From assembly GCF_009834535.1 (NCBI RefSeq), contig NC_045697.1, forward strand, positions 49,478,001-49,542,000: DNA of 64,000 nucleotides. Direction: 5' to 3'. The stretch is from Camelus ferus. Lineage: Eukaryota. Below are positions 36,285 through 49,659 of this stretch, in pieces (position 1 is the first letter of the stretch; each line of letters starts with the position of its first letter). Made by a program: the position numbers and the translations under genes. Below the pieces are notes generated by a model. The model was not told the DNA's origin, made no database searches, and saw only the letters and a list, made by a program, of their open reading frames with translations.

Positions 36285-36500
36285 TGGATGACCAAGTTCC
36301 TTGAGTTTATTCTTTAATGAAAATATTTTCTGATCCTGATCAGCCAACAGCACCAAGAGATCATCTTGTTCTTTTTTAGAATCTGTAATGTCCACTTCGA
36401 GCTTGTTTTTCTCATTTTGTAAAATGGCAATGGTACTGTTAGATGAATCCAGCTGCTCTTTAATAGCAGTTCTTTCCTCAGACAGAGCTTTAATTTCATT
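36285..36500 (-). CDS. USO1: USO1 exon NEIKALSEER...LKELGHP
   Basis: 216 nt, AG/GT boundaries, matches p115 coiled coil. Confidence 0.95.
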
Positions 36501-36644
36501 CTAGGAAAGGAAAGGTGAAAATCACTATAATCTAAAATTAGTATTCATTCTTCTAGGGTTTTAATGCATTCTTTCTATGACAAATCACTGTACTTGTCCA
36601 ATCTGAAGAGTTTGGGGTTAGGGGTTGGGGGAAAAGGTTTAAAT

Positions 36645-36676
<32 letters not shown>

Positions 36677-37526
36677 TCTCTCTCTCTTTCTCTCTCTCAT
36701 CCAGTAACACGAGAATTTATGTTAGGCTATACATCAAAGATGGTTATTGTGAAAAAGAGAATTTAACATCCAAAAAATAGTTTTAATTACCTAGTCCTCA
36801 AAAAATCCTAAGAGATAATACCATTTCAGATAATCAGAGGAATAAATAAAGACACAAAACATTTTATAGAAGAAGCCTGGTTAGCATCAGAATTAGAACT
36901 CAAGTTTAAAAAAAAAAATTTATCCCAACTTCATACATACAGTTAAATGATAAAGAAAAACAGCTTCAAATGAAATCCATGGCTTAAAAATAATCTGGCC
37001 ACAAACCAAAAGGTACAATCACAAACATCTTCCTTTTCCATTTTAAAATTCCTTTGTATTTTTATTTTGTTACCTCATTACTTTCTTCTTATTTATTCTG
37101 GTTTCTCTGTCACACAATAGGCTGGCAGGACATAATGGGCCTATGTTCCTTGGCCTATGGAAAACCTACAGGTGGCCTGTGTTTTAGCCAAACCTATACT
37201 CCTTGTTTCTTATTGTGATTAGAAATTAGTAAGAAAGCTTAACTGTTTTTTACTTTTACTAAAAACTATGTTTTTACTTTCAAAGTACATTCAAATACAT
37301 TCTTATTTTACATATTTGATACCATTATTTAAAATGGCATTAAAAAAACTTCATTTGTGCCATTTTTAGTCATCAAAATAGGAATGGAAATATTGTGAGA
37401 TAAAATTATATCCCATTAACTTTCCTCATAAATCTAAGAATCTGAGAAATTAAATGAAGTAAAATCAAATTTCCGGGAATTCACTTCATATAATACGTAA
37501 TGAGTAAAAGTTTCACCAAAACCAAC

Positions 37527-37634
37527 CTTTAATTCTTTAGTCTCTTGTAATAATGCCGAAAGTCTTCCTTCTACATCAGTAGTTCTTGTAGCTACTACAG
37601 TTTCACTCTCTCCTGGTACAGGAACTGACTGTGT
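37527..37634 (-). CDS. USO1: USO1 exon TQSVPVPGE...QETKELK
   Basis: 108 nt, AG/GT boundaries. Confidence 0.93.
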
Positions 37635-38154
37635 CTGAAAGTAGAAAACAGAAAAAAAAATGTTTCTTCAAAGTTATAATCTTAATATGAAATTCCAAAG
37701 ATGATTTAATTTTCCTGCTATTTTGGAATTTTATTTTCAATAACAGAAAATCTAATTCTTTATGTATTTACATGCACTAAAGTGCTCTCCCTAGAAAGAT
37801 GAGTTGCCTCTACAGTGCAGCAGGAGTCTGAGTCAGGAGTTGTGTGGCATCAGATTTCAACAGAGTATGAGGAAGGCTATGTCAAGCAGCCTCAAGGTCA
37901 GACCAGGCAAATTATCAATGACACAATTCTAACATAGCTATAATATTGCATTTCATAAGTAGAGAAACTTTTTCAAAGCCTTTTCCTCATGAAATTCCTG
38001 TAGGTTAAGTCGACACTGTCACCTCAGAGAGACAGGTGGGGAAATTCAGTTGAATGCCATCAACTGGCGAAATGCAAATATTTTCTTAAGTACAACAGGA
38101 AGTACTCTTAAATAAAAAATTTTCCATCTTTCTCCTACCTTTTTTCCACAAAAT

Positions 38155-39100
38155 ACTGGGAAGTGGGGTGCTGATGTCACAAATACCTTAAAATACGGAA
38201 GCGGCTTTGGAACTGGTAGAGACTAGAAGAATTTTGAGGTTCATGTTAGACAAAGCCTAAACTGCCTTGAAGAGACTGTTGGTAGAAACATGGACATTAA
38301 AGGCAATTCTAGTAAGAAAAGAGGAAAGCTGTAGAGAAAGCTTCTATGGTCTTAGAGGAAATATGTATCATCGTTAGCAGAATGCTGTTAGGAGTATGGA
38401 TGTTAAAGGAGGTTTTGGTGAGGTCTCAGATGGAAATATGGAACACGTTATTGGAAAGTGGAGGAAAGGTGATCCTTGTTATAAAGAACATCGCTGAATT
38501 GTGTTCTAGTGTTTTGTGGAAAGCAGGTTTGTGAGTGATGGACTATTTAGCTGAGGAAATTTCTAAGCAAAACATTAAAGGTGCAGCCTGGATTCTCCTT
38601 GCTGTTTATGGTAAAATGTGAGAGGAGAGAGATACACTGACGAAGGGATTGTCAAGCAAAAGGGAATCAGAACTTGAAGATTTAGAAAACTCTCAGCCTA
38701 TCTCTATTGCAATAAATGACAAAGCATGTTCTGGTAAAACATCAAGGGTGTGGCTGGACAACCATTTGTGAAGAGGTTACTCGTGTGACACATGGACCCA
38801 ATCAACCACCTGAGCAGAAGGTAGAATAGAGACACGGTTCCCAGGAGGGATCCAAGAGGACCTTCTTGCATAATGGCTTGGATCCCTGTGAACTACATGG
38901 GTCACTGACAAGGTTTTTAACAATTTTATACCAGCAGAAAACCTGCCAGCTTGAACTGAAGGGGACAGAGATGGGGTGAAATATACAATACCAATAAAAT
39001 GAACCGTAAGCAACTGATTAAACTGGTCTGGTGAGTCTGACGATAATACAGTTGCTCGCATGGCCAAGAAGTCTATGTGACTGGAACTCTGGCTAATGAA
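38155..39100. mobile_element. MaLR internal (MLT-int-like) remnant
   Basis: Motifs gcggctttggaactgg and ggaggaaaggtgatccttgttataaag typical of MaLR internal sequence. Confidence 0.6.
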
Positions 39101-39214
39101 TAACATGAAGGGAAGGTGCCATCTGACAAATCTGCTTCTTTCCCATAGTGGCTGAGAAACAATCTCTCAACCTTGTGTTTACTACTTTTCAGAACAACAA
39201 AATCATTAACTTAC

Positions 39215-39313
39215 AAGTGCTTCTGTTTTCTGTAACAGCTCCTGCTTTTCAGTCTGTAGTTTGGTGATCTCCACAGATTGGGAGTTTAACTGAGACTTTA
39301 ATGTTGCCAGTTC
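39215..39313 (-). CDS. USO1: USO1 exon ELATLKSQL...QKTEAL
   Basis: 99 nt, AG/GT boundaries. Confidence 0.95.
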
Positions 39314-41705
39314 CTAAGAAGCAAAAATAGTTGAGTTGTAACATTAAACAGCATTAATTTTATCAATGAAATGTCTATATATAGGAAGAAATAAAAAAAA
39401 ATTATTTCCTTTCTTGGCCCTTCTCTCTAAAATCACAACTTCCATTTTTAAAATTTAAGTGAAAGAACTATTCTCAAACTTTGGGTTCAAGATGGAGAAT
39501 TAAACATGTACATTTAACATTAAACATGGATACTTCTGTTTCCTTCTGAGATCCCAAGTGAAAAATCATACAGGGAGGGAGGAAGGGAAAAAGAAAGGAA
39601 GAAGGGAAGGAGGGAGGGTGGCAGGCAGGAGGAAGAACAGAAGGGCAGGCAGGAGGGAGAAACCCACAAGGACAAAGAATAAGAGAAAAGAGCAATAATT
39701 TGGGGAATTTCAGAAAGCAAATGTCAGTGGTAACTGACTCTGCACACCTGGGCGAGCTGAAACCTAAGCTGTCCTTTTAGAAAGTACACAGCTGCCTGTC
39801 CTCCAGTGCATGACTGTCAAAAGGCCTGCAAACTGGTCAAAACAGGGTCAAAATAGGGTTGGCTGAAAGTCTGCTTAGGAACAAGACAATCAGATTCCTG
39901 TCCCAATCTCACACATCTGGCAACTTTTCCTTTTCTGCTTGCCAAAGACTAGAGGTATATTATTTGGAAAGGGCAAAACAAGACATTTTTAGCCTAGAGG
40001 CCACCAAACATGGATGAAAGTAGTAATACTATAGTGAAGATGGGGGAATTAATTGAAAGTTTATGTATTATTAATGTTAAAATTTCCAAACTTCTTGCTC
40101 TCTCCCCTCAACACAAGTACAGGAAAATAAACAATTATAACAGTAATTCTGAACCAGGGGCACTCTCCCCCCATGAAATTTGGCAGTGTCTGCAGATACT
40201 GGGTAAGTAGCGAGATGCTGTCATATAAAAAGCTCTTTTATTCTCTTAAAACTTTCTATGTATGTGCTTTTTCTTTTGACTGTTTTTGCTTTTTCAGTTA
40301 TCAAAATGAGTTATGTTAGGCATTGAAATTATGTACCATTTTGGTTTTCTTTTTATACAGTATTTTATTATACATGATAAAAAACAAGACTGTCATTGAA
40401 AATATATCGTTGGGAAACAGAGTAAAAATTTTTACTCGGGATTTACAAACTAAGGGTATATATTAATAACTTAATTTCCTTTAATTTTAATACAGTTCTA
40501 GACTTAGTAAAACCAAAATAGCATATTAATCTACCCCATAAGAACAAAATATTGTGGACACATCGGAAAGTTCTAAATTGTTAATGACGTATTATGATTA
40601 CTTTTTTAAATGTTTGATTAGAATCTACTCTGGGGTACACAGACATTATCAGAAAAGACACTCTGTCTTCCCATGTCCAGTCACTCCGCTCAGATAAGCC
40701 CTGTCAGCGGGTGAGGACCAGCTAACTACAGGAGGGAGAAGGAAGTTAGTCCTAGGTTGGCCAGGCTGCTCACTCCTTCTTTGGCATTACTTAAAAAAAA
40801 AAAAAAAAAATTCCTTTTATAAGAAAGGAAGGAGGGGAGAATGGAAGGAAGAAAAAAGAAAGAAGGAAAGAAGAAAGAAAATTTGAAAAGAAAACAAAAA
40901 ACAAAAACAACCCAACCTGTTTAGGGATAATATACTAATAAGCAAATCTTTTTTTTTTTTTTTTTTAACTGATGAGCAATCTCAAACTTTTCTAGGTTTT
41001 TTTCCCCAATTACCACACTACTTAATTCTACTTGTTATAGCTCCTTTCTCTCTTTTCTGGCTAAAAACAAACAGGTTTACAAATCTGAACAAACATTTAA
41101 TTTTCTCACTGGATAGATAAAAGTAAATCTGTAAAATCTAGTTTTAAAGGAATTTATAAGTACTACAAATTAAACAAGTAGGAAAAAGCTTAATTTGCTT
41201 TTCTAGATGATACAAATTACTACAGCAGCAGAAATAGTTTACTTTGCTTTCTAGCTAGTCATCTAATTGATATATATACAAGTTTACTTTCAGTCTTTCC
41301 CTTTTCCAATTCTAAAAACCAAAATTTTCTGGATAGAATAATTTAAATGCCCAGTACATTTAACCAAGCAGTTATGTAAATTAGGCATAAGATTTTATAT
41401 CTTCATATTTGTAGCTTATAAGTGTATTTAAAATTTCCTTGATAGTTTACTGATAATCTACAAATAATCTGGGTAAGATGCTGAGATCTGTTAAAAAGAA
41501 CATCACTGAAAATAAAAACACAATAAAAAGCAAAATACCATTACTGTATAATTTAAACAGCTTCTGGATTTTCAAGTGGCTGTCTTCACTATCAAATTTT
41601 GCTTACACCTGACAAAGGAGTTCCAGATTAATGGAACTGCAGGGCTATTATGCTGCTGTAATTAAAACATCACAAAATAGAGCTCTGATCAAGCTGAAAA
41701 ATGAC

Positions 41706-41795
41706 CTGTTTTAATTCTGCGATTTGTTCAGACTCTCTCGCCGAATCTGTAGCTGAAGACTGTTCATTTGTGCCAGGTGATGGTTGGGAAGATTT
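41706..41795 (-). CDS. USO1: USO1 exon KSSQPSPGTNEQ...AELKQ
   Basis: 90 nt, AG/GT boundaries. Confidence 0.92.
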
Positions 41796-42366
41796 CTACA
41801 AATAGTACAGAAATAAACTAAGAAATAAATTCAGTTTAAGTAGGAAAAAACCAGAACTGTACACATATAAGCTATGTCTGGGCTAAATGTTCACCCCAAA
41901 ATTTGACATCTGCATTTTTTTTATACCCAACATAAAATTTCAACATAGCACACACTGTCTACAATTTTTCCATAGGTAATAAATTTATACTTATACCAAG
42001 TAATTTATTAAATCTAAGAACTTATCTGAGGTCATGTGATGAAAAACCATAAAAGCAGGTATTCTATTGAACAATTTCCATGTATTAAAAGAGCGTTATA
42101 CAAAGTATCTCATTTAATTCTCACAGCAATGAAATAGATAGCACCACCAGCATTTTACAGATCAGGAAACAAGTTTAAAGAAGTTAACTAAATTGCTCAA
42201 ATTCAATTAGCTAGGAAGCACTGAAGCTTTAGACAGTCTGACATCAGAGTTCATGTTCTAAAACCTTAATATGATACTTTAGTATAAGGGATCCAGAAAA
42301 ATAAACAAGCAGGATAATGAGAATTACTCTTGACCTCTGGCTTAAAAATTTTAAATATTTACTTAC

Positions 42367-42530
42367 CAAGTTTTCAATCAAAGAGTCCTTTTCAGCCAGC
42401 TGGCTTTGTAAAAGTTCCTGATTACTTTTTAATTCTTCTATCTCTTCTCGCAGTCTACCAATTTCTTCTGGCTGAATGCCATTCATCTGAGCCCCGTCAC
42501 TGTGGGAACCTTGATGCTGATTTTCTTTTC
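42367..42530 (-). CDS. USO1: USO1 exon (G)KENQHQG...SLIENL
   Basis: 164 nt, phase-consistent; overlaps ORF 42244-42486. Confidence 0.95.
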
Positions 42531-43559
42531 CTATTAGACAGGCATAAAATTTGAAAAGCCAGCATGAAACTTAAGTTTTTCATTTTTTGAACTGAAGATT
42601 CAAGTATAAAATAAATAAATAATTTCCTTAATAATTACTTTGGCAGCACTTTTGTAAGTCCATTTCATCTTTGCAAAATAGTGTATTGGTAAAAATAATG
42701 AACTGATATTTTCAGGGTTTCTGGAAGGAAAAACCGCATAGTCTTAAGACTAAACTGAGTGGTTTACTGACCTAAGATTAAGAATTACAGTAGTTTTGAT
42801 TCCAATTCTGACAATTAATATAAGAGAAAATAAAGTCCCTTTAAAAAAATCTTCACATAGGAATGTTTTTGAAGTTAAAAAAAGTATTTTTATTGAAGTA
42901 TAGTCAGTTTACAACATTGTGTCAATTTCTAGTGTACAGCACAATACTTCAGTCATATAGGAAAGGAATAGCTTTCTATATGGACTAAAATAACTGACAA
43001 ATTCTTGTTATGAAAAAGGAAGTAAAAAATATTTTCTTCTGAAAATTTTAGTCACCTTCATATAAATAAAATAAATTGTATTTCTAAGTGGCTAGCATTC
43101 TAATCACAAGCACTATAGAATAAGACTATTTACAACCACTGAGCACTGAAGTATAATTTTATATATATTATTTCATTTAATTCTCAAATGACGCAGGTGC
43201 TATTATCAGCTCCATTTTGCAGATGAGAAAATGGAAAGGTTAGACCTATCATGCTCAATTGGCTATACATTAGAATCACTGGGGAGCTTGTGCTAATCAC
43301 TGATGCCTGGACCCAACCCCAACTAAGTAAGTCGGAACTTCAGTGGGGTCTCAGTATTGGTTTAAAAAAATAAAAACCTCAGGAGACCTTAATGTGTAGG
43401 TAGCTAAGACTGAGAATCAATGAATCAGACTGATTGCCAAGGAGCTTGGACTTCAAACTCTGATTTACATGTTACAGTGGTTAATGTTAAAAAGACTAGT
43501 CCACAAAAGTAATCTGTTTGACTTTGTCCAGCTCTTGGCGACATGACAGCTACACTTAC

Positions 43560-43698
43560 CTAGCTGTATTTTAAGAAGATTATATTGATCCTTGTGTTGC
43601 TGAATCTGAGATACTTGCTGTGTGACTGCTGTCTGGAGCTGTTCGTTTTGACATTTTAACGTAGAAATCTGCTGCTTTAATTCCTCAAGTTGCAGATC
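43560..43698 (-). CDS. USO1: USO1 exon DLQLEELKQQ...LLKIQL(G)
   Basis: 139 nt, AG/GT boundaries. Confidence 0.95.
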
Positions 43699-45540
43699 CT
43701 GTGAAACAAAACATAACTCAATAAATTCATACTAATTAACATTAAGAAGATGAACAAGTTAAAAATTAGAGATTATTTTCCAAATACATTTCCAAAATCA
43801 CTCAATAATTAAGCAGTAACACATTACTATAAGTAATGGTTATAATGTGTTACTGCTTGGTTACTGCTTGGTTATAATGTGTTACTGCTTGTACTAATGT
43901 GTTACTGCTTGGTTAATTGACCAAGGTCAATTAACAGGCAGCAAAACTGTAAGAGTTCAAGGCCTCGTTATACGGCACAGTCTACACTCTCATGGCAATT
44001 ACTGGTTTCACTGCAGAGGGAGGTCAATTTTAAAAACTCCATTTTATGGTCCATCAAACTGTTTAAGAAATTTATACCAAATTACTTAAGAAACTTAGTA
44101 TATGTATGTTTACATACATACCTGTATCTTTTAACATTAAAATATAATCATAAAACATTTAGAAGACTGAATAGAAGAGCTTTCATCTCTTACCACCCTA
44201 ATGTAACTAGTTGGAATTTGATCTATTTCTTTATTTTCTTCTAATTTTCTTCCACTCCAAGTTTTTAATCAGTCCACATATCATTTTGCAACTTTTAATT
44301 TGCTTACTATTCAATCATAATTTCCCCGTATTAATCAGGAGATGCAATATAATTTATGTTCAAAAGTAATACTGAGGCTGCTCTCCATTTTTATAAATGA
44401 TAAGTATCATTACAGTAAATTTCTTAGTCCATGTAACTGTTTTCCTGAATTTTGGAGAATTTCCTTAGGATGGATCCTCAAAGGTCATTCTAAGTCTACG
44501 GAAACATTTTATAGCTCTTGATGCTTATTGCCTATTACTAAATGTCACTCTAAATGGTGAGAATATTTAAAATTAACATTTCTAAAGAAAAGCCATTATA
44601 GTAATTGTGTCACATCACTCTTTTCTTCTTCCAAATCAGCCATATTTATCAGCTCCAAGTGTAGACTATACCGTTACATTCCAAGTATTTATTTCCCATT
44701 GCTCTAAAGATACTACATTTTACCATCTGGAAATGACTCCATATTTGTACTCAGACAGTTGAAAAATCCCAATAACCACATGTAGTGTAATGATTCAAAT
44801 TTGGATCATTCAGAGATGATTCTAAGTTACTAACTGCTTATAAACTGAAAATCTCACACTGAATGCTAAATATATCACGAGTATATTTTTATTCTTTCTT
44901 AGAATTTCAATCTCAACAATGTAGATTGTGGGGAAGAAAAGAACACATAGGTAGCTCTCATTTAGAGGGCTCTACCCGAATGCTCTTACTTGCCACACCT
45001 GTCTCAAGCTGTGCACAATCGGCAGAGGGTGGAGGGGGTACAGGGAAGGAGTAGCAACCTGCCCCTCATGGAATGCCACCTAGGTGTTGTTTTCATGACA
45101 CTGGAATTTTAATGCCAATAATCTCATTTTATAGAAAATACTGCAGCACTTTCTAGGATTTCATTCCAATAAAGGTATATATCACAACGAAGAATTAAAT
45201 GAGAGAAGAAAACCAAGAAACACATTTTGAAGGAATGTAATAGAAGATTTAAGGTGCTCAATACAATGCAAGTGTGGGGTTCACTGTACCCTGAAAGAAA
45301 ATGTCAATTCATGACTTTGAAAATATTGTTTCAACTCATCATTATCCACTCTGATACATCAGCTCCCTCTCATTCTATCTAATTTAGTATCACCTATTCA
45401 GTTGTGCAAGGCAGAGACCTAAGGATCATGTTTGACTCTGTTCTCTTATACCCACATTCAGTCACTACCAAGTCCTGTTAAGTTTTATTTTCTTTGGTTT
45501 CCACATTTCTTGGGACTATCCCCTCTACACTACAAAGTAT

Positions 45541-46137
45541 TGAGACAGGAAGGAAGGGAGCAGGGCACAACCACTGAAGGAATGACACAGCCATTGAGGA
45601 CAGGACAAACTAGTTACAAGCAAGATGGTGGAAGAGTCGACCTCCAGTAGACCTTGAGCCTTATGGTACACCCACAGGTACCATGACAGTTCCTAGGCTG
45701 ACCTTAAATGGTCAAAAAGTGGGTAGGGGGCCCAATTCCTGGAAATCCCCACTCCTTCCCCTAAATAGTTAGAATAATTCTCCTACTCATTAGCATATGA
45801 AATTACTGAGCCCATAAAAATTAACAGCTCTGCACCTCGTGGTTGGTCTCTCTCTTCCCTTCTGAGACAGCCCACACGGTCTATGGAGTGTGTGTCTATT
45901 TTTACTTTAAACTAAACCCCCCCACACCTCCCAGGGTCTCTCTGCCTCTTGCCTTTTGAGATGGCCCACATTCTGCCTATGGAGTATGTGTCTCCTAAGT
46001 TGCTTTCTTTTCTGAGTGAGATGAACCTCAGTCTGTCTATGGAGTGTGTATCTCTCTAAATAAACTTGCTTTCACTTTACTATGCCTTGCTCTTGAATTC
46101 TTTCCTGCTTAAGGCAAGAATCTATTCTCCAGCAACA
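45541..46137 (+). mobile_element. Solo ERV1-like LTR in a USO1 intron
   Basis: TG...CA ends, perfect 4-bp TSD GTAT (45537-45540, 46138-46141), internal repeats of ctatggagt, AATAAA. Confidence 0.85.
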
Positions 46138-46920
46138 GTATGAGCAGTAACACACATGCATTTGAATTCTGTTCCACCGATCACTAAGAAACCTTGGACA
46201 AGTTTAAATTCTCTAAGTCTCAGATTCTTCATTTATTCCTCATTATTTATCAACTACTTTGCAGGAATGCTGTGAAAATCAAATGAGATAGAGTTTAAAT
46301 ATGCTTAGTGAGCACCTAACACAGTAAACAAAAAACGATAGTCATTATCATCATCAACCAATTCCCCAATTTCTTCCCCTAGCACACCACTACCACCTCT
46401 TTCTTGGGCTCCTTCCCTCTAGCCTTGCCTCTCAAATTTCTCCCTTATACAGCTAACAGGTGTTCTTTGAACAAGCCAGTAACACCTCCATTCCCTAGCT
46501 CTCCTTCTGCCTAGCTTACTCACAGTTATCCTTTCAGGACTCCTGTCTTCTCCAGGCTCCTGCTTCCACCTAGCTAAATTAGGTGCCTCTCGGTGCTGCC
46601 ATATATCTGTGATTATCACTAGACTTAAGATGTTATAATATGTGTGGCACAAAAATCTATAGGCTTCTCACCCCATGAGACTGTAATGTGGGAATGTCTG
46701 ATACATGTCTTATCCACAACATCTCACACAATGCTTAGCACATATTAAGCTCTCAGTTTGTTGAAAACTCAGAAGCATTTGAATTATTTGGGAAAATGAT
46801 GAGTTCTTACTCTCTGTATCCTCTTGTATTTGGAAATACCAGAAGAAATTCTTCCCTAAAGTAGAAAAGTATCTATACTTTTAGTATGACAGAGACTGAA
46901 TATGACTTATCAGTACGTAC

Positions 46921-47042
46921 TTGCTCTTGAATCATATTTTTGTAGTGAGTCACAATACTGTCAAACTGTTCTAATGTTTTCTTCACCTCTTCTTCTTTTT
47001 TATCTTCTTCACTGGACTTATAAATAGCCTTAGTTATCACAC
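46921..47042 (-). CDS. USO1: USO1 exon (G)VITKAIYK...NMIQEQ
   Basis: 122 nt, phase-consistent. Confidence 0.95.
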
Positions 47043-47303
47043 CTGTAAAAGAAGGCTCATTTAAGATACTATATTATTATTAAGACTTAATCAGTAAAAA
47101 CATATGGCCTAACTGCATGACAGATAAGAAATCATCTTTCCAATCTTACTGAATGCCAGAAGTCCTTAAATGGGCTACAGAACAAGAGTTAGGAAAAAAC
47201 ACTTTTAGGCTTACTGTATAGTCTGCATTTGCCCAGAATATACATATATAATATAATCATTGGTACTTTTTAATGAATATCAAGATAAACTTTGATGTCT
47301 TAC

Positions 47304-47485
47304 CTTCAAGTTCTTTTACTAGCTTCGTAAACTCATGATCAAATATCATGTATTCTGGACTAGGGAAGTTTGGCTGAGGTTTCTGAGATGCTCTGGAATA
47401 CAACTCATGTTTGCTAATAAATCCTAGTTTCTCTATGAAATTCTCTTTGCCAATCCTCTTCTCTATTAGTTGTTTTAGTTTATCT
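47304..47485 (-). CDS. USO1: USO1 exon DKLKQLIEKR...VKELE(G)
   Basis: 182 nt, overlaps ORF 47257-47526. Confidence 0.96.
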
Positions 47486-47635
47486 CTACAGAGATAAGCA
47501 TATTGAGATGCTTTAAAAAAAGTCATAACAAAACATAAAAGCTTGGTCTACATTATACTTTGGCAGAAAAAATTTATCATTATCTCTTGATGACATTAGC
47601 AAGTCATTTTACCCTGGCATTTCCCCCTTACTTAC

Positions 47636-47754
47636 TTCATATAGCTCTCAAGTGAGTTATCATTGAAGTAAATTGAAATGCCCAACAGAAGAGCACATAA
47701 GCCTTGGACCAACTGTTCTTCTTCTCCAAGATTTTCTGCAATTTGCCCTGTAAG
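47636..47754 (-). CDS. USO1: USO1 exon LTGQIAEN...ESYM(K)
   Basis: 119 nt, phase-consistent. Confidence 0.95.
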
Positions 47755-48082
47755 CTGAAATCTTTGTTAAGAAAACTAATGGTTCATAGTATCTATAGTA
47801 CTTTGTTTTACAATTTGAATTTGACATGTATTTCATGTAAGAGTTTCTAATAGAAAGTCTATACATAATCTAAGAAAGCAAAAAAATGGTATACACACAC
47901 ACACACAAACACAAATAGAGCTTAAGTAAGCATCATTATCACCTTAACAGTTTAAAAAGTTGCAACATAGATAAAGAGAATTCAAGTATTTGGGGGCATG
48001 GAGCTACCTCTAATTGAGAGGGAGAAATAGTAAAGACAAAAGAGAAATACTTGCATGTATCTTATTAAAACATAAAGGATAC
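47755..48082 (-). other. USO1: U12-type (minor spliceosome) GT-AG intron of USO1
   Basis: Donor GTATCCTTT; branch TTTCTTAAC (47766-47774) close to the 3' AG; no long pyrimidine tract. Confidence 0.9.
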
Positions 48083-48193
48083 AAATGGTACATTGGCTGA
48101 ATTGTGGAGAAAATGCGTTACTGCAATGGGGCAGTTGCTTAGCCAGGTACAAAGTAACATTAGTAATCCAACTCTTGTCTGTATTTTGCTTCC
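48083..48193 (-). CDS. USO1: USO1 exon GSKIQTRVG...ANVPF
   Basis: 111 nt, matches p115 head domain. Confidence 0.95.
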
Positions 48194-49659
48194 CTGTAAT
48201 AAAAAAGTTGGCAGCAATCTCATTTCATTTTTTCAAATTTAAAGTTGCCCTAAGATCCCTTCCCATCAGCATAAAAAGATGTTTAATACCCTATAAAAGG
48301 TGTGTCAGGAATTTGGATTTTAAAAATTGAACAAGAGAATGTGTTCTTGTGTCCTCTACTGGCTGCACTTGCCAAAATAGCAGAAATTAGACTAGATCCA
48401 TGTTCATAAGCATATACTGGGTTATCTAAAATACTATTAGTGGAAAAACCTGATCTGCTAAGGAAGAAGTGTATGATGTGGATGCTTAAAAAAATTTATC
48501 AATCCTAAAACACTTTACAATAACACAAATTTGCTAGCAAATTTATGATGTTTCAATCAGAATTTTAAAAACAAGTTTCTGATAAAGGGACAAATTCTAC
48601 CTCCTTCAAAAAACATCAAGAAAAATACACAGAAATAATCTCCTGAATTATTTAGTCAAATTACATTAGAGAATGTATTTATCTAACAAGAAAATAAACC
48701 ATGTTACAAACTGACCTGTAACATGCCAGATAATGAGAAATCATAAACATAATGAAGGAGAAAAAGATTTAAATTAGCTAAGTGCCTCAAACCACTAAAC
48801 ATATTGCTGCCAAGTATACTTAAACAGTATCGAAAACCAGCATATTCATCAAAATTACAGGTCCCTGAATTTTAATACTACACATTTATATCTCTTATGT
48901 GAGATATTCTCTTAGCTCACAATATTGTCACTGTCCATATATTATATGACCTATATTTTTGTTTAAGAAAAACAATACTTGCTTGAAATAAAGTAATAGG
49001 AATTAGCATAGTAATGCATCACTTTAGGAGTAATTTCATAAAATATACAAAATACAATTATTCAAAAATCTAGACAAGGAATGGATTTAAGGTAACCATT
49101 ATTGTATTCTGAAATACTTGTGACACAGCCAGATTGTTCTAATTTCATGAACCTTGCTTGATGTCAATCTTGCCCTTTCTATAATCTTTTTTCAAGTACA
49201 TTTAATATTTAACTAAACAAATTCAAATTAGGCCTCTTCAAATGATTTACCAAGCAAGCATTAATTAGCATGGATTTAGTTTTTACACGAGGCATTATTT
49301 TTACTTCTTCTTTGTCTTTATGTCATTACATATGTCTATAACATATCTTCATGTTACCCAAATAAATTGAAAAATTAAAAAAATCTAGTTATTCTCAACT
49401 GACTGCATGACATAAAGAACTTACAATTAATTACTCAATTTATAAATGTAAATGTTTTGTTGATTTCTCCTGGTTATATATAAAAAGTTGACTATTGGAA
49501 TATCATTGGCAAGTACCAAATATACCAACATTGTATATACAAGGACATCCTATCAAATCACTGGTTGATGTCTGAGTAAACAAAAATGGAATTAGATTCA
49601 GTTTTGAAAAGTATGTCCTTTGGGGTCAAACTGAAGGTTAAGAAGGGCAAAGTCAAACA

